NCBI GenBank assembly: GCA_013416795.1
Contig: RQSC01000005.1
Span: 388,733 to 452,732, forward strand
From: Prasinococcaceae sp. CCMP 1430
Lineage: Eukaryota > Plantae > Prasinodermophyta
Reading direction: 5' to 3'
Length of the DNA stretch: 64,000 nucleotides
Part shown: positions 35,822 through 46,900 of the stretch, one piece after another
Numbering within the stretch: position 1 is the first letter of the stretch
How the letters are laid out: each line of letters begins with the position of its first letter
Position numbers and translations under genes: made by a program
Notes under the pieces: generated by a model
What the model was told of the DNA's origin: nothing
What the model saw: the letters and a program-made list of their open reading frames with translations, nothing else
Databases searched by the model: none

Positions 35822-36711
35822 CTATCGCCTGCGCAGGGGGGCGTTGACATCATCGATCGCCACTAGCACGACCTGGTCGCCGCGCAGAAAAATTTGGGCC
35901 ATGTGCCGCGTGCGGTGCTGCTGCCGCGACCGCAACTTCCTCCCGCCCGTGCCCTGCTCCTGTGCGCCTATGGCATCGGCAGCGCCGCCGACGGCCGCGA
36001 GGTGACGCGGTGTCGCGAGCACGGTGTAGACCTCGTCAACATCGCGAAGTACCATGTTGAAGTGGCGGTCGAAGGCCACGACGAAGCCCACGGCCACGCC
36101 CCGCACGCCGCGCGCGTGACGCGTCGTCACGCGCACGCGTCGCCGCCCGGCAAAGGCGCTCGCGAGCACGCGCAGCGGGCCCTCCGGCGCCTCCTCCCTG
36201 CCCGCGCCACTGAGCTCTTGACGCAGCGAGCGCTTCACGGCGGCGGCTACCGGCGTGCGCCCGGGAGCGCGCGGGTCAGCCGAGGGCGCGCATCTCGCCA
36301 GCGGCGAGCGCGCCGGCAAAAGGCACTGCGGCAGCACTCACCGGCTGCCCGCTCGACGAGGGTGGTCGCTCGCGCGCGCCTCTGCGCGGCAGCGTCTGCA
36401 GCCATGCGGCTCGCCTTCATCCTCTCCTGCGTGGCAATCGACTCGGCCGTGCGGCGATGGCGCTCGCCGCGATTGGCTTGAGCTTCGGGCATCTCGGCGG
36501 GCAGCAGGCCCACGCATCGGCTCAGGTTGTCGAGCGGCGGGGCAGTGACGTCCGGAGGCTGAAGCCCGGGAGCGCGCAGCGCCGCGAGCGCATCGAACCC
36601 GTCCGACAGGAAGTCTAGCGCACCGGCCCGGCCTTTGTCTTCCGCAGCGCCGCCCGCGCTGCTCGCACCGCCTGCGCTGCCTGCAGCGCTTGCGGCGCCC
36701 GCACCGCCCAT
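35822..36711 (-). CDS. LSM11: LSM11-like Sm protein (U7 snRNP type); intron 36247-36341
   Basis: N-terminal LDFLSDGFDALAAL..P motif; Sm1 GPLRVL...VRVTTRHARGVRGVAVGFVVAFDRHFNMVLRDVDEVY; insert; Sm2 RHMAQIFLRGDQVVLV. The GTGAGT...TAG intron is phase-compatible. Confidence 0.8.
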
Positions 36712-37143
36712 CCCACCGTATATCCCCTTGCAGTGGGTGCGCAAAGAGCGGGAGCGTGGCTTCAACTCCTCCCTCCCCTCCCTCCCGTGACCCCTCCCCC
36801 CTGCCCCCGCGGTCCCTGCCCTCGCACGCCCTCTCCCCCGAGCGCCGCTAAGGCGGCAGCTGCCGCTGCCGCGCGGCGCATGCGCTGTGTGGCACGCCGC
36901 GCGCCAATGGTCAGACGGCCCAATCTGACGGACCGCGCTCGCCGGCGCGCGCACTAGCGCCTGGGGGTGCCCACATGGCCAACGGGGTACGGGCTACCGC
37001 GCAGGGGCAGTCACGTGCGCGCGTGAGCGCCACACGCTCTCTCGCGCTCTCATGCGCACGCACGGCGCTTCGAGTGACGGGGCCACGCGCGCGCTCGTGC
37101 GTGGCCCAGGGCGCGCTATTAATAAGGCAGGGAGCGCCACGCG

Positions 37144-38085
37144 CTAGTCGCCGCTCTCGCCGCTGAGCTCGAGCGCCCGGAGCGCGCGCGCGGCGGCGGC
37201 GGCGGCGCCAGCGGCGGCCTTCGTCTCTGGTGTATCTCCGCCTGGGGGGGGAATGCGCCGGGAGGCTCTGTTAGCAGATGCGCGTATGGACGGGTGTGGT
37301 ACAAACGGACGCGAACAGCGGAGCTTCTCTTCCCCTCCTGGCACGCACAGACGCATCCATTCGGCGGCGCACGTACCTCCTTCCGCTGCCCTTTTCGCGC
37401 TATCCTCCAGGTCTCTGAGCGCACTCATAGCTCCAGCGTCGCGCGCCGCCTGCAGCCCGCCAGGGGTGCGGACTATGTTGGCCCCGCCGCTCGACGCTGC
37501 GCGTTTGGCCTCCTCGGCAGTGCGCGCGGCGATGCGCCGCTCGGACGGACGCGCCGCAGCGAGCGCCTCGAGTGCGCCGGCCGCTGCGGCGGCGTCAGCG
37601 GGATCCTCCGCACGCGCGAAATCCGCGAGCGGCTCGGTCACGCCTGCCTCGATCGCGGCGGTCGCGCGCCCCGCGCTTCCGAGCGTGCATGCACGAAGCG
37701 CAGAGGCGGCCGCACGCTTGGGGCCGCTCGCGTGCCCCTCGCACAGGATGCGCGCGAGGATGCCAAAGGTGTCGCGCGGAGGCGCAGCTCGACGGACGTG
37801 CGCAGCGGCGCACGCCTCCGCGCCCTCCTCGCCCGTGGTCGCCAATGCAGCCAGTGCGAGACACACGTTGCGCTTGACGGTGGCGACGCGCGCCTCTGCG
37901 GCGAGCAGGATGAGCGCCTCAGGCACCTTGGCGTCGGCGAGGTCGCGCACCGTCCCTGGGGGGGCGCCCTCGCCGTCCGCGCGTCGGCTCCGCGCAATGG
38001 CGGCGGCCGCCGTCTGCGGGCTGCGGAAGAAGTGAGGCGCCGGTCTCCCCTGTCCCTCGCGCCCTGCCGCGCGCTCAGCTCGCAC
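37144..38085 (-). CDS. Armadillo-repeat-like hypothetical protein (spliced; start unresolved)
   Basis: Helical repeats such as VKRNVCLALAAL, KRAAASALRAC, AIEAGVTEPLADF and ARDAGAMSAL. Confidence 0.5.
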   Translation of the reverse strand: MRAERAAGREGQGRPAPHFFRSPQTAAAAIARSRRADGEGAPPGTVRDLADAKVPEALILLAAEARVATVKRNVCLALAALATTGEEGAEACAAAHVRRAAPPRDTFGILARILCEGHASGPKRAAASALRACTLGSAGRATAAIEAGVTEPLADFARAEDPADAAAAAGALEALAAARPSERRIAARTAEEAKRAASSGGANIVRTPGGLQAARDAGAMSALRDLEDSAKRAAEGGTCAAEWMRLCVPGGEEKLRCSRPFVPHPSIRASANRASRRIPPPGGDTPETKAAAGAAAAAARALRALELSGESGD

Positions 38086-38521
38086 CCAGGCCCCCTCCCC
38101 CCCCCCTCACCCTCGCGCCCCCTTGGCCCTGTGGCACCGCCCGCATGCTCAGCCGCCGCCGGCCCGGCCCCGCATGCCGGCCGCCAGCCAGGACCCCCCC
38201 GGCGCTGGATCCCGGGCATCGACGAACGAGTCCCCGGTTCCGCCCCACCACATCGACCGTGCGTCCGGCGTCAGACCCGGTCCAATCGACCGTTTGTGGG
38301 TGTGCCGACTTCAGTCATGTTTTGTCTCTGCGGCCTGCGCTCTGCAGTACGTACACGCGCACAGTGCTGTACACTCTGGTTAAGGTTTGGTGTTTGAGGT
38401 ATAGACCCTACCTCCTTGCGCGGAGTTATCCCGCGCGCGCGCGCGCGTGGCGCCCGTCGGCGCGCGCGCGCGCGCCNACTCGACGCGCGCGGCGCGCCTT
38501 GCTCCTCTCGGGCCGCGGGCG

Positions 38522-39397
38522 ATGGCGCGGGCTCTGGCCGCGCAAGGTGGGCCGCGGTGCAGCGGCGCGGGCCGGCGCTGCGCCCGCGCGCCCAGGCGCT
38601 CCCGCGCTCTCGCGCAGCAGGGCGCCTCCGGCGTGCCAGGGAGTGACGGTGAGGACTGGCGCACGTTCCGCGCGCGTCTGGTTGCGAACGAGGCGCACGT
38701 CCTGGGCCGCGGACACGGCACCAAGAGCTCCCCGCAGGACGGCAAGCACGGGGCGGCCGGCGCCGCTGATGCCGGGGCTGAAAAGCCAGAGGGCTTCGAC
38801 GGCGCGCGGTGGGCGCACTCACTGTCGCGGCCCGAGGCAGGCGGCCTCCTACTGGCGCGGGAAGACCTCGACGGCGGGTGGTTTGGACGCTCGGTGGTGC
38901 TGCTGTTCGAGCACCGCGACACCGAGGGTACGATGGGCGTTATCCTCAACAGACCGACGCGCGCGACGCTCGGACAGCTCGTGCAAAACCTCCCCGTCGC
39001 TTCGAAGCTTGCGCGATGCAAGGACCTCCCTGTGAATCTCGGTGGGCCTGTGGACACGTCCAGCCTGCTCGCTGTGTCGTCCAAGAATGTGCAGGGCGCG
39101 CGGCGAATCGTCGACGGCATGTACGTCCTCGGCATAAATGACGCCGCGGACGCGCTCTGCACGGGCGACATCGCCCCCCGTGAGCTCCATTTGTTCATGG
39201 GGTACTCCGGTTGGGCGCCACACCAGCTCAAGAGCGAGATCGACCACGGCGGATGGTGGTGCGGTGCCGCCGATGCGAGCTCGGTGCTCGTCCCGTCGCG
39301 CTGCCAGGAGGGTGCCGTGCCCGCCGTGGGTTCCGCTGAGTTGCTTGAGAACGAAAGCTCCATGTGGGAGGACCTGAAAGCGCGCATTGGGCACTGA
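38522..39397 (+). CDS. DUF179 / YqgE-AlgH family protein, probably plastid-targeted
   Basis: DWRTFRARLVA, RWAHSLSRPEAGGLLLA, FGRSVVLL, GVILNRPT, GGPV and FMGYSGWAPHQLKSEI..GGWW. Confidence 0.88.
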   Translation: MARALAAQGGPRCSGAGRRCARAPRRSRALAQQGASGVPGSDGEDWRTFRARLVANEAHVLGRGHGTKSSPQDGKHGAAGAADAGAEKPEGFDGARWAHSLSRPEAGGLLLAREDLDGGWFGRSVVLLFEHRDTEGTMGVILNRPTRATLGQLVQNLPVASKLARCKDLPVNLGGPVDTSSLLAVSSKNVQGARRIVDGMYVLGINDAADALCTGDIAPRELHLFMGYSGWAPHQLKSEIDHGGWWCGAADASSVLVPSRCQEGAVPAVGSAELLENESSMWEDLKARIGH

Positions 39398-39628
39398 GCT
39401 GCGTGCCGCCTCTGCCGCCCTCCCACCACTGAAAGACGGAGGCCATATGGCAAGCCACCCTACATTTAGCAGAGAGGCCGACTGCCCGTGCAGTCGACCG
39501 ACAGCAACGCACCGACACAGCATGCGCGCAAGAGGTACTGAGACAAAAACGTGCGGGCGCAGCCACGTCCCCCTGTACTGTAATTCTACTGAGAAGAGAT
39601 ACAAGAGAGATTTCGTACAGTAGTGCGG

Positions 39629-41548
39629 TCAAACTACACCCCCGCCATCCATCCCAGCCCCGCTGGCGTCGCCGCCACCGCCGCCGCCGCCGCCGGCACT
39701 CTTCGGTGCTCTGGCTTCGCGCTTGGGCGGCGGCGCCAACACAGGCGCCACGAGCTTTGGAGGGCCCTGCGTCGGCGCGGTCCCCTCGTGCCCCTCGTGC
39801 TGCCGCTCCTGCCGCATCGCAACTCCGCCTTCGTCCGCGTCGCTTGTACTGCCAGCTGCCGCTGCTCCCTTCGGCGCGCCTGAAGCCGCGTCCGCAGTCA
39901 CTCTCCCCTGCGGGCGAATCTTGGGACTGGACACGGTGGGCAGCACCAGCGGAGGCGACATCGCTGCCAGCTCGCCGTCGCCCATCTCGAGCGCCGTCGA
40001 TCCGCCACCGCCAATCCAGCCGTCGTCTTCGGCGTCGGCGCCGCGTGCTGAGGCATCGAGCGTGCGCGGAGGCGTGCACTCCCCACCACCCAACGTCGAC
40101 GGCGTTGGCGTCTGCTGCTCCTGGACGCCCGCGTTGGGCACGAATGTTTTCATGCGGTATCGCCGCGCAGCGCCGCCTCCAACGTCCGCTGAGTAGCACA
40201 CGTAGTCCTGGTAGACGGCGGAGAACGCCGTATTGGTGTCTGAACGGATGTCCGCCATGGAAGCTGCATCGCGCAAGGACGCCAGCAGCGAGCCCTGGAT
40301 GCCTTGCGTGTGCGCGTACTGCGAGCTGGGAAAGGCAAGTGCCATGAAGCCCGCGGCAAAGCTCATCTCGAGGCAGATGATGAAGTTCTGCAGCGCGCGC
40401 CCCTCCTCCGCCTGCATGCTCGCGTGTGTGTTGCAGGAGGGAGCCGCTCGAGTCAGCACCCCGGACGCGGCTGTGCGCAGGCGCCAGCAATCACAGCGGG
40501 GAAGGGCACAGCGCGGAGGTATTTGGCCGTATGCATGACTCACCTGGCGATCTTCTGACCAGTTGCCGCGGGAGAATGCGCCTGTGGCCACCAGCGCGCT
40601 CACGGCGATGCCTTGCCAAAACGTGAAGAAGATGACCGACTTAATCAGCGTGAATTTGAGGAGAGGCCTGCGGCGCGTGCGGTGTCAGCGCCAGCACGTA
40701 ACAGATCCGGCCGAGCGGACCGCTCGCGCGTGAGGAGGGACGGGTGGGGATTCGCGTGCGCGACCGCGCGTGAGTACACACTTGTGGGACACCAGGAGGT
40801 CCTTGGAGGCCACGTAGAACATCACCAGCGCGTACAACGCCGCGGCATACGACGCGTTGTACATAACGACCACGTAAGGGTAAGCGCAGCGTGCGTCTCC
40901 CAGCTTCCCCTCACAGTACGCGCCGTGCGCCTCGGCGCCGACCGTCACACTGGCTAGCACGAGCTTGAGCCACACGAATTGCAGCGTCCCCTGCTTGCAC
41001 AACCGGATGAAGCGCGCGTCGACCTCGACGTCGGACAGGCAGGTGCCGTATACCCAAGACCTCTTAATAGCCGTGCCCTGCAACTGCGTGAGCACCGCGC
41101 CGGGGCCACCGATGTACGCTACGAGCAGATTGAAGAAGTTGTACACAACCCATGCCTTCAAGCGCGCGCGCGACCATACGTTGGCGAGGCACGGGGGTGG
41201 GGGTCAGTCAACGATGGGTGAGCGAGCTGGCGAGCGCGCGGCGCAGACGCTAGGCGTCTTCTGGCGCACCTCGAAAATGTCTCTGAATGCGTCGAAGTAC
41301 ACGCTACTGTGCGGTGCAACAAGGCTCAAGAAGGAGCAGGTGGCGTACACGGGGACCATGAAGATGATGCGCACAATGAAGCGCTGGTACACAGGTTCGG
41401 TGTAGTTCCGCAGGTGTGCGAGGATGAGGTACAAACTAAACGCGACGGCGCCCGCAGCCGACACGCCCGCCAGGCCGACAAACAGGGGTGTATCGCTGAT
41501 GCCACGGGGCGCGGACTCCGGCCCCGTCGTGGGTGTAGAGTCCGCCAT
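39629..41548 (-). CDS. TMEM184 / OST-alpha (LAZ1-like) membrane protein, multi-exon
   Basis: HLRNYTEPVYQRFIVRIIFMVPVYA, AWVVYNFFNLL, KQGTLQFVWLK, YALVMFY, KFTLIKSVIFFTFWQG and QNFIICLEM. Confidence 0.9.
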
Positions 41549-42260
41549 GACGCTGTCGCTGACGCGCTGCCGTAGCAGCACAGAGCAGCGCAGCACAGCG
41601 AAGTGCGCGTGCGCCGAGCGCGTGCGCCGAGCGCGTGCGCCCAGCCGCACGCAGGCGCCCCTGCGCAGCCCGCGCCGCACACACTCTGCCCCCTGCTCCG
41701 GCCACGCGCGCGCTGCGAGCGCGCGCGCGGCGACGGGGAACCGCCATCAATATGTTTCTAATCGGATCACAAGTACCCACGGGAGCCCTCCCGAGTCCAT
41801 CGGAAAGTAAGTTCAAATCAGGGCCCGCGACTGCGACGGCAGCGCCGAGTGCCCAGGATATTCCGGGCGGCAGCACCGCGCAGTGGTTTTAAGGTTAGAA
41901 AGACACAACCCTAACATGAATTTCGGAATTCTCATATTCTACTGAACATTTTATTAAACCCTCTGCTCCGGGAAGACATTAGGGTATACTTACAACCTCA
42001 ACTCCATGACCGCCTCAATTCGACGTTTACTTCTATTTGGTGCGACTACATTTGTAGACCCTCATGGCGCGGCCGCGCGCGTTCGAAACTTACTGTAGTA
42101 CGTGTCGCACCGTCTCGTGCGTGGATAAGGTGGTATGGTGGTATGGTGGCCGGGGTGGGGCGCGCGCGCGTGTGCGCGCGGCAGAGCCGTGCGGCGTGCA
42201 GGGCCGGCGGACGGCGCGGGGAGAGGGTGGGTGGTCGCTCGTTCGTCTCAGGTGGCGACG

Positions 42261-43388
42261 ATGGCAACGGCGACCGGAAGCGCGCGCGCGCGCGCCGCGG
42301 CGGGCGCGCGCCGCGCACCACCGCCATCGGCTTGCTCGCCGCCAGCACGTGGGGCGCGCGCGACGCGCGCGCCGCGCCCCCGCCGCGCGGTGACGTGTGC
42401 GCGTACGACTGTGAGGTTGGCGACGTAGAGTGCGAGGAGAGGCGCGCAGCCTGCAGGCGCAAGGTGCGGCCAGGCGACGCGAGACGTGGCGCATGCGCAA
42501 CGCCTGCACGTGAGCGCCCTTGCTTGCCCGTGCCGGACTGGCGGTGATGCTCTCTCCTCCCAAAACGTTTGAGCGTGTGCAAGTATGCACGCAATGCTGA
42601 CGCTTGATGATCTGCGACCCTGTGTGCAGGCGCTAGACGGCTCTGGCGCGGGCTCCTTCGAAGAGCGCAGCAGTACCGACCCGAAAAAGACTGGCGAGGT
42701 CGACCTCAGGGGCAAGTCTGCCTCCCAGACGGACGCGTACGTGGCCGACACGCAGGAGCTGATCGATCTCATCACAGCCACACTCAAGCTGGATCCGTTC
42801 GACGAACGCCGGCCCAAGGTACGCGCGTGCGTGCCCCGCCCGCCCTGCTTCCTCCTGTTGCCCCACTCGCAACACCTCGCTTGCGGCGCGCGCACGTCGC
42901 TCGCAAGCCTGCGCTGACATACGCCTGCGCTGGCTTCCCGCACCCACTTTTGCAGGACATCGAGACGATTCGAACGCTGGCCAACATTTGGACGGGGCGA
43001 TATGCGCCTGGCGGGTCGTATTCGCTGGCATCCGCTGGGAAGATGTATCAGGTGATCGACACGCTCACTGGCTGGTGGAACTTCAACGGCCTGAGGCCCG
43101 TGTCGGCGTCCATCGTCAAAGACGTCAACACCGTGAGTAGCGGCCGCCGCGCGCGCGCCGACACCCCGCGCGTTTTCTTATACGCCCCCCCCACACACCA
43201 CACCAACATAGACAGACACACGCACGCTCCGTGGCGAAGAGCGCGAGCGCTGCCGCACCTGCGCTGACGCCGCACCCTGCCCCTGGCCATCACGCGCCAC
43301 GGGTCTCCCCCATTGCGCCCGCATGCGCGCGCCCACCCACGCGCAGCAACTCGCGGACGCCGTCAAGCTGCTCAACCAGCGGAAGTGA
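42261..43388 (+). CDS. Psb27-family thylakoid lumen protein (divergent), multi-exon; 5' exon uncertain
   Basis: YVADTQELIDLITATLKLD, IRTLANIWTGRY, SAGKMYQVIDTLTGWWNFNG.RP and a final exon QLADAVKLLNQRK* follow the Psb27 four-helix pattern; GT-AG introns near 42820-42955 and 43133-43346. Confidence 0.6.
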
Positions 43389-43927
43389 CGTCCCTCCAAC
43401 GCGACGGGCGCGCGCGCAGCGCACGCCGGCGGGCTCGGCGCCTCCAGCGAGGCGGCAGTGTCGCTCGGGCGATCGCGGCGCAGCATATCGCGCGCTTCGG
43501 CGCCTGCAGCCGATGTCCCATCAAAACGCACTGCGATCGAAAATGACTCTCCCGTGTGTAACTTTCCCATCCCGACCGATGCGTTTTCACCTGCGCGCGC
43601 ACCTCTGCGCGCCGCGCGCCCGCCTTTGCGCATTTGCCGCCGCCACCCCGGCGCAAACACGGCCGTCGCCACTCTGCGCTAGGCCGGCGCCTAGAGGGGG
43701 GCGGGGAGGGGAAGGGGCTGCGGTGGCGGCAGCGAGGGTGGGCCGATCGACGGCGTTGCGAGGCTGCGAGTCGAAGGTGGCGTGCGCGCGTGTGTCTTGC
43801 GGGGGCGGGGCCGGGAGGCGGCGCGGCGGCGGCGGCGGCGATGGGCAGCGCACTGCGCATTTGACGCATCTGCCCACCCCCCTCTGCGCTCGCCGCCGGC
43901 GAGCTCCCGACGCCAGGCCCGGCCGCG

Positions 43928-46900
43928 ATGTCTGGCTCCGGCACTAGCAGCCTCTCGAGGCATGCGTACAAGGTGTGCGACCTACTCAAATGCTCGCGGC
44001 TGATCCGCGAGAAGACGGAAGGGCGCAAGCAGCTGAAGGAGGCCGTGCAGTCGCACCCGTTCGTCGACATACTGCTTCGCAACACAGACGGCATGGACCC
44101 CCAGCTCTCGAATGAGGAGATCGATCAGAAGGAGTGGCTGTGCTCCTGTCCGGGCGTCGCTGAAATCGCGTGTGAACACATCGACCAGGAGGTGGACGCG
44201 GTGCTTGACAAGATCGAGCGCGAGCGTCGCAGCGTGGCAGGGCACGGCGCCGGCGGGCCAAGGAAGAGGACGGAAGTCGACAGTGCCCTCGCAAAGGTGC
44301 TGCGTGGTCTTGTGGTCGCTGTGCACGCACGCGTCGTCGAGTTGAGAAGGTCGCATGATAGCGAGGGCGGCGTCGGAGCGCCACCAGACGATGCCGCGCC
44401 ACCCTTCACGAGAGTAGCGAAGGCAATCCTCAACCACATCGCAGGCATCCTCGATCGTGACGACACATTCGTGGCGTTCGAGGGCGACTACATTCAGCTG
44501 CTGCTCAACTACCTTTTGCCAACCCCTGCTTACGCCTCGAGGCTCACGCCAAAGATCTTCAAGAGCCTGATGAAGACGTTCACGTCAAAGCTGCAACTGT
44601 TCGCGACCGGTCGGGGGCGCGTCACCGAGTCGCAGGCGCACGACTGCGCGCGCGCGCTGCAGGCACTCCTGCGGTACTACCAGCGAGATCTGTCATCCGG
44701 CGAGAAGCCTGCGTGCGTCGAGGTCGCCGAGGCGCTCGCCACGGTGTTCGAAAATATGCACGACGAGGGCCGGACGGCAATGGCGACTGTTGGGGCCCTG
44801 AACGAGCTCATCGCGCGCGATGGCGTCAACATGAGCAGCAAGTTGCTCACGCTGCACGAGTCCAGCATTGCCTCATTTGTGTCGGCAGGCCTAGCGTCCT
44901 CGACGAAGCTGGCCGGGCTGAAGGAGGCGCTCGTCCTCCACTCTCGCATGATGCTGGCTCTGGGTGCTGGTTCGAATTTGCGCTCGATGGCCATCCTGTT
45001 CTCGCTCTTGGAGAAGGAGCTCAGCGCGCCCATGAAGGTGCTCGGGTCCGACCAGCGCCACGCACACGGACTTCCTCTGCCGCGCCGGCACGTTGGTGCG
45101 TTGCTACTGGCAGCCGACGTTTGTCTCATACTTGTGCGCGCGCCTGCTGAAGCGCAAAGCGCCGCCGAGCCAACGCAAGATGATCGCGAGCACGATGCGG
45201 TGGGTACGCTTGGGACGCTCAGGAGCACTCGCGGTCACAGTCGCAGCGTGCGCATGCGTCGAGCACCACCTGCTGAGCGACTTGCGGATGCATTGATGAG
45301 TGGACGAGGCCTATGGCCCATGCTAGCGGCAGTGATTGCGAGGCGACACGGCCAAAGTCTGCCCCCACGTTGTCGATCCATGTGGCTGGCAGCTGCCGTG
45401 ACAGCCCTGCCGGAGGTCATCACTACGGCCGCGGGCAACTCTGCCTCTGCGGCAGGAGCGAGCAGCGGGGGCAGTGGCGCGCAGGGCGACTGCGAAGATA
45501 GCGCAGTGCACGCTACGTGGCTTACTCGCTTCGTAGCGGCGTTGGCCGTTTCATGGCTTGATGACGAGAGCTCGACGACCTCGATGGTGGACGGGGCCCA
45601 GGTGGGGCTAGCCATCGCAAAGTTTGGCGTGCGCGCCGAGTCATGGCCGGCTGATGCCGCTCTGTTGCCTGCACTTTGGTGTCGAGCTCGCGACTGCCTG
45701 GTTCGGTGGCTGCCCTCGCTTGGCGATTCGGAGCTCGCACACGAGGTGTGCCGCGCCCTAGCAGCGATCGGGCGGCGGGCGCTTGTACCAGGAGAGCTGC
45801 TGCCGGTTGACGCATGGCGGGCGCCTGCGATGGCCGCGTTCAACCTCGAGCCTTCGTCATCCTCCTCTGCCGGCGCGGGCGATCTGAAGCGAGGCACTGC
45901 GAAGCCCGCGGCACCCGCGATCGAATTGATTTCAGCTATCGCCTCCTCCCCCGTCCAGTCCCAGTGGTCAAGTGCCTCATTCGACACCAAGAGGAGCACA
46001 CTGCGCACTTCTCTTGCTGCGTGCCTGTGCTTGGTCATCCGCCATGCTACACCGAGCTCTGCTGGGTCCGACCAGAGTCAGAGTCAGGCAGAGGTAGGTG
46101 GTCGAGTGTCATTCAGCCACACGACTCTCACTCGAGCCGGTGTCACGCGTGCTGTCGACACATTAGCCGCACTGTGCTTCAACGCGAGCAACGCCACGGC
46201 CGACTGCTTTGGGCCACCCGAAGAGGTCAGCGAGTCGCGCAACTCGTTGTTCGACTCGACGGCGCTGACGGAGGATCGCTACCATGACTCGGAGGGCGTC
46301 CTTACGGAAGACATCATCCCCTGGCTCGAAAGACACCATGATAAGCTCGCCGAGGGCACAGTGGTAGCGCCGGAACGGCTGGATGCACTCATGGGTCTAG
46401 ATGTGGCTGGCGTGCAGGCTCAGGCGAGATACATGGTGTCTAGCAGCGTGGGCTCTGCCCTCAGCTGCCGAAATCTATCGAGGGAAGCGGCGTCGCTCAT
46501 CTCCGACGCTCTCAGGCAAAGCGCGGGCGATCTTGAGACGTCAACTGCATTTCCAGCCCGCGATCGCATTGCCACGCCACATTCCGTGGGCAGTGTCGGC
46601 GCGATGGCAGGGATTTTGACCCAGCGGGCCAGGAGCGCACAGCCTGCTGGTGAACGAGCTGGCAGACGAGTCCAAAACGTGCTTGCGCTGTGCTGTGCAG
46701 CGGGGGTTTTGCGAGGCGGGTGCCAGAATGCAGCAGCAGCCGCAGGCACGTCCGCTCCGAGATCGAGCTGGGGCGATGACGGCGACGTTGCGAATGCTGC
46801 AGATCTGGCGGCAAGCGTCGTCACCGCAGCTGTCCGCCACGCAGCCAATCTCACGAAGGATGTTGATGCGCTCAAGGATGCACCCACGCGCTTGGCCTCA

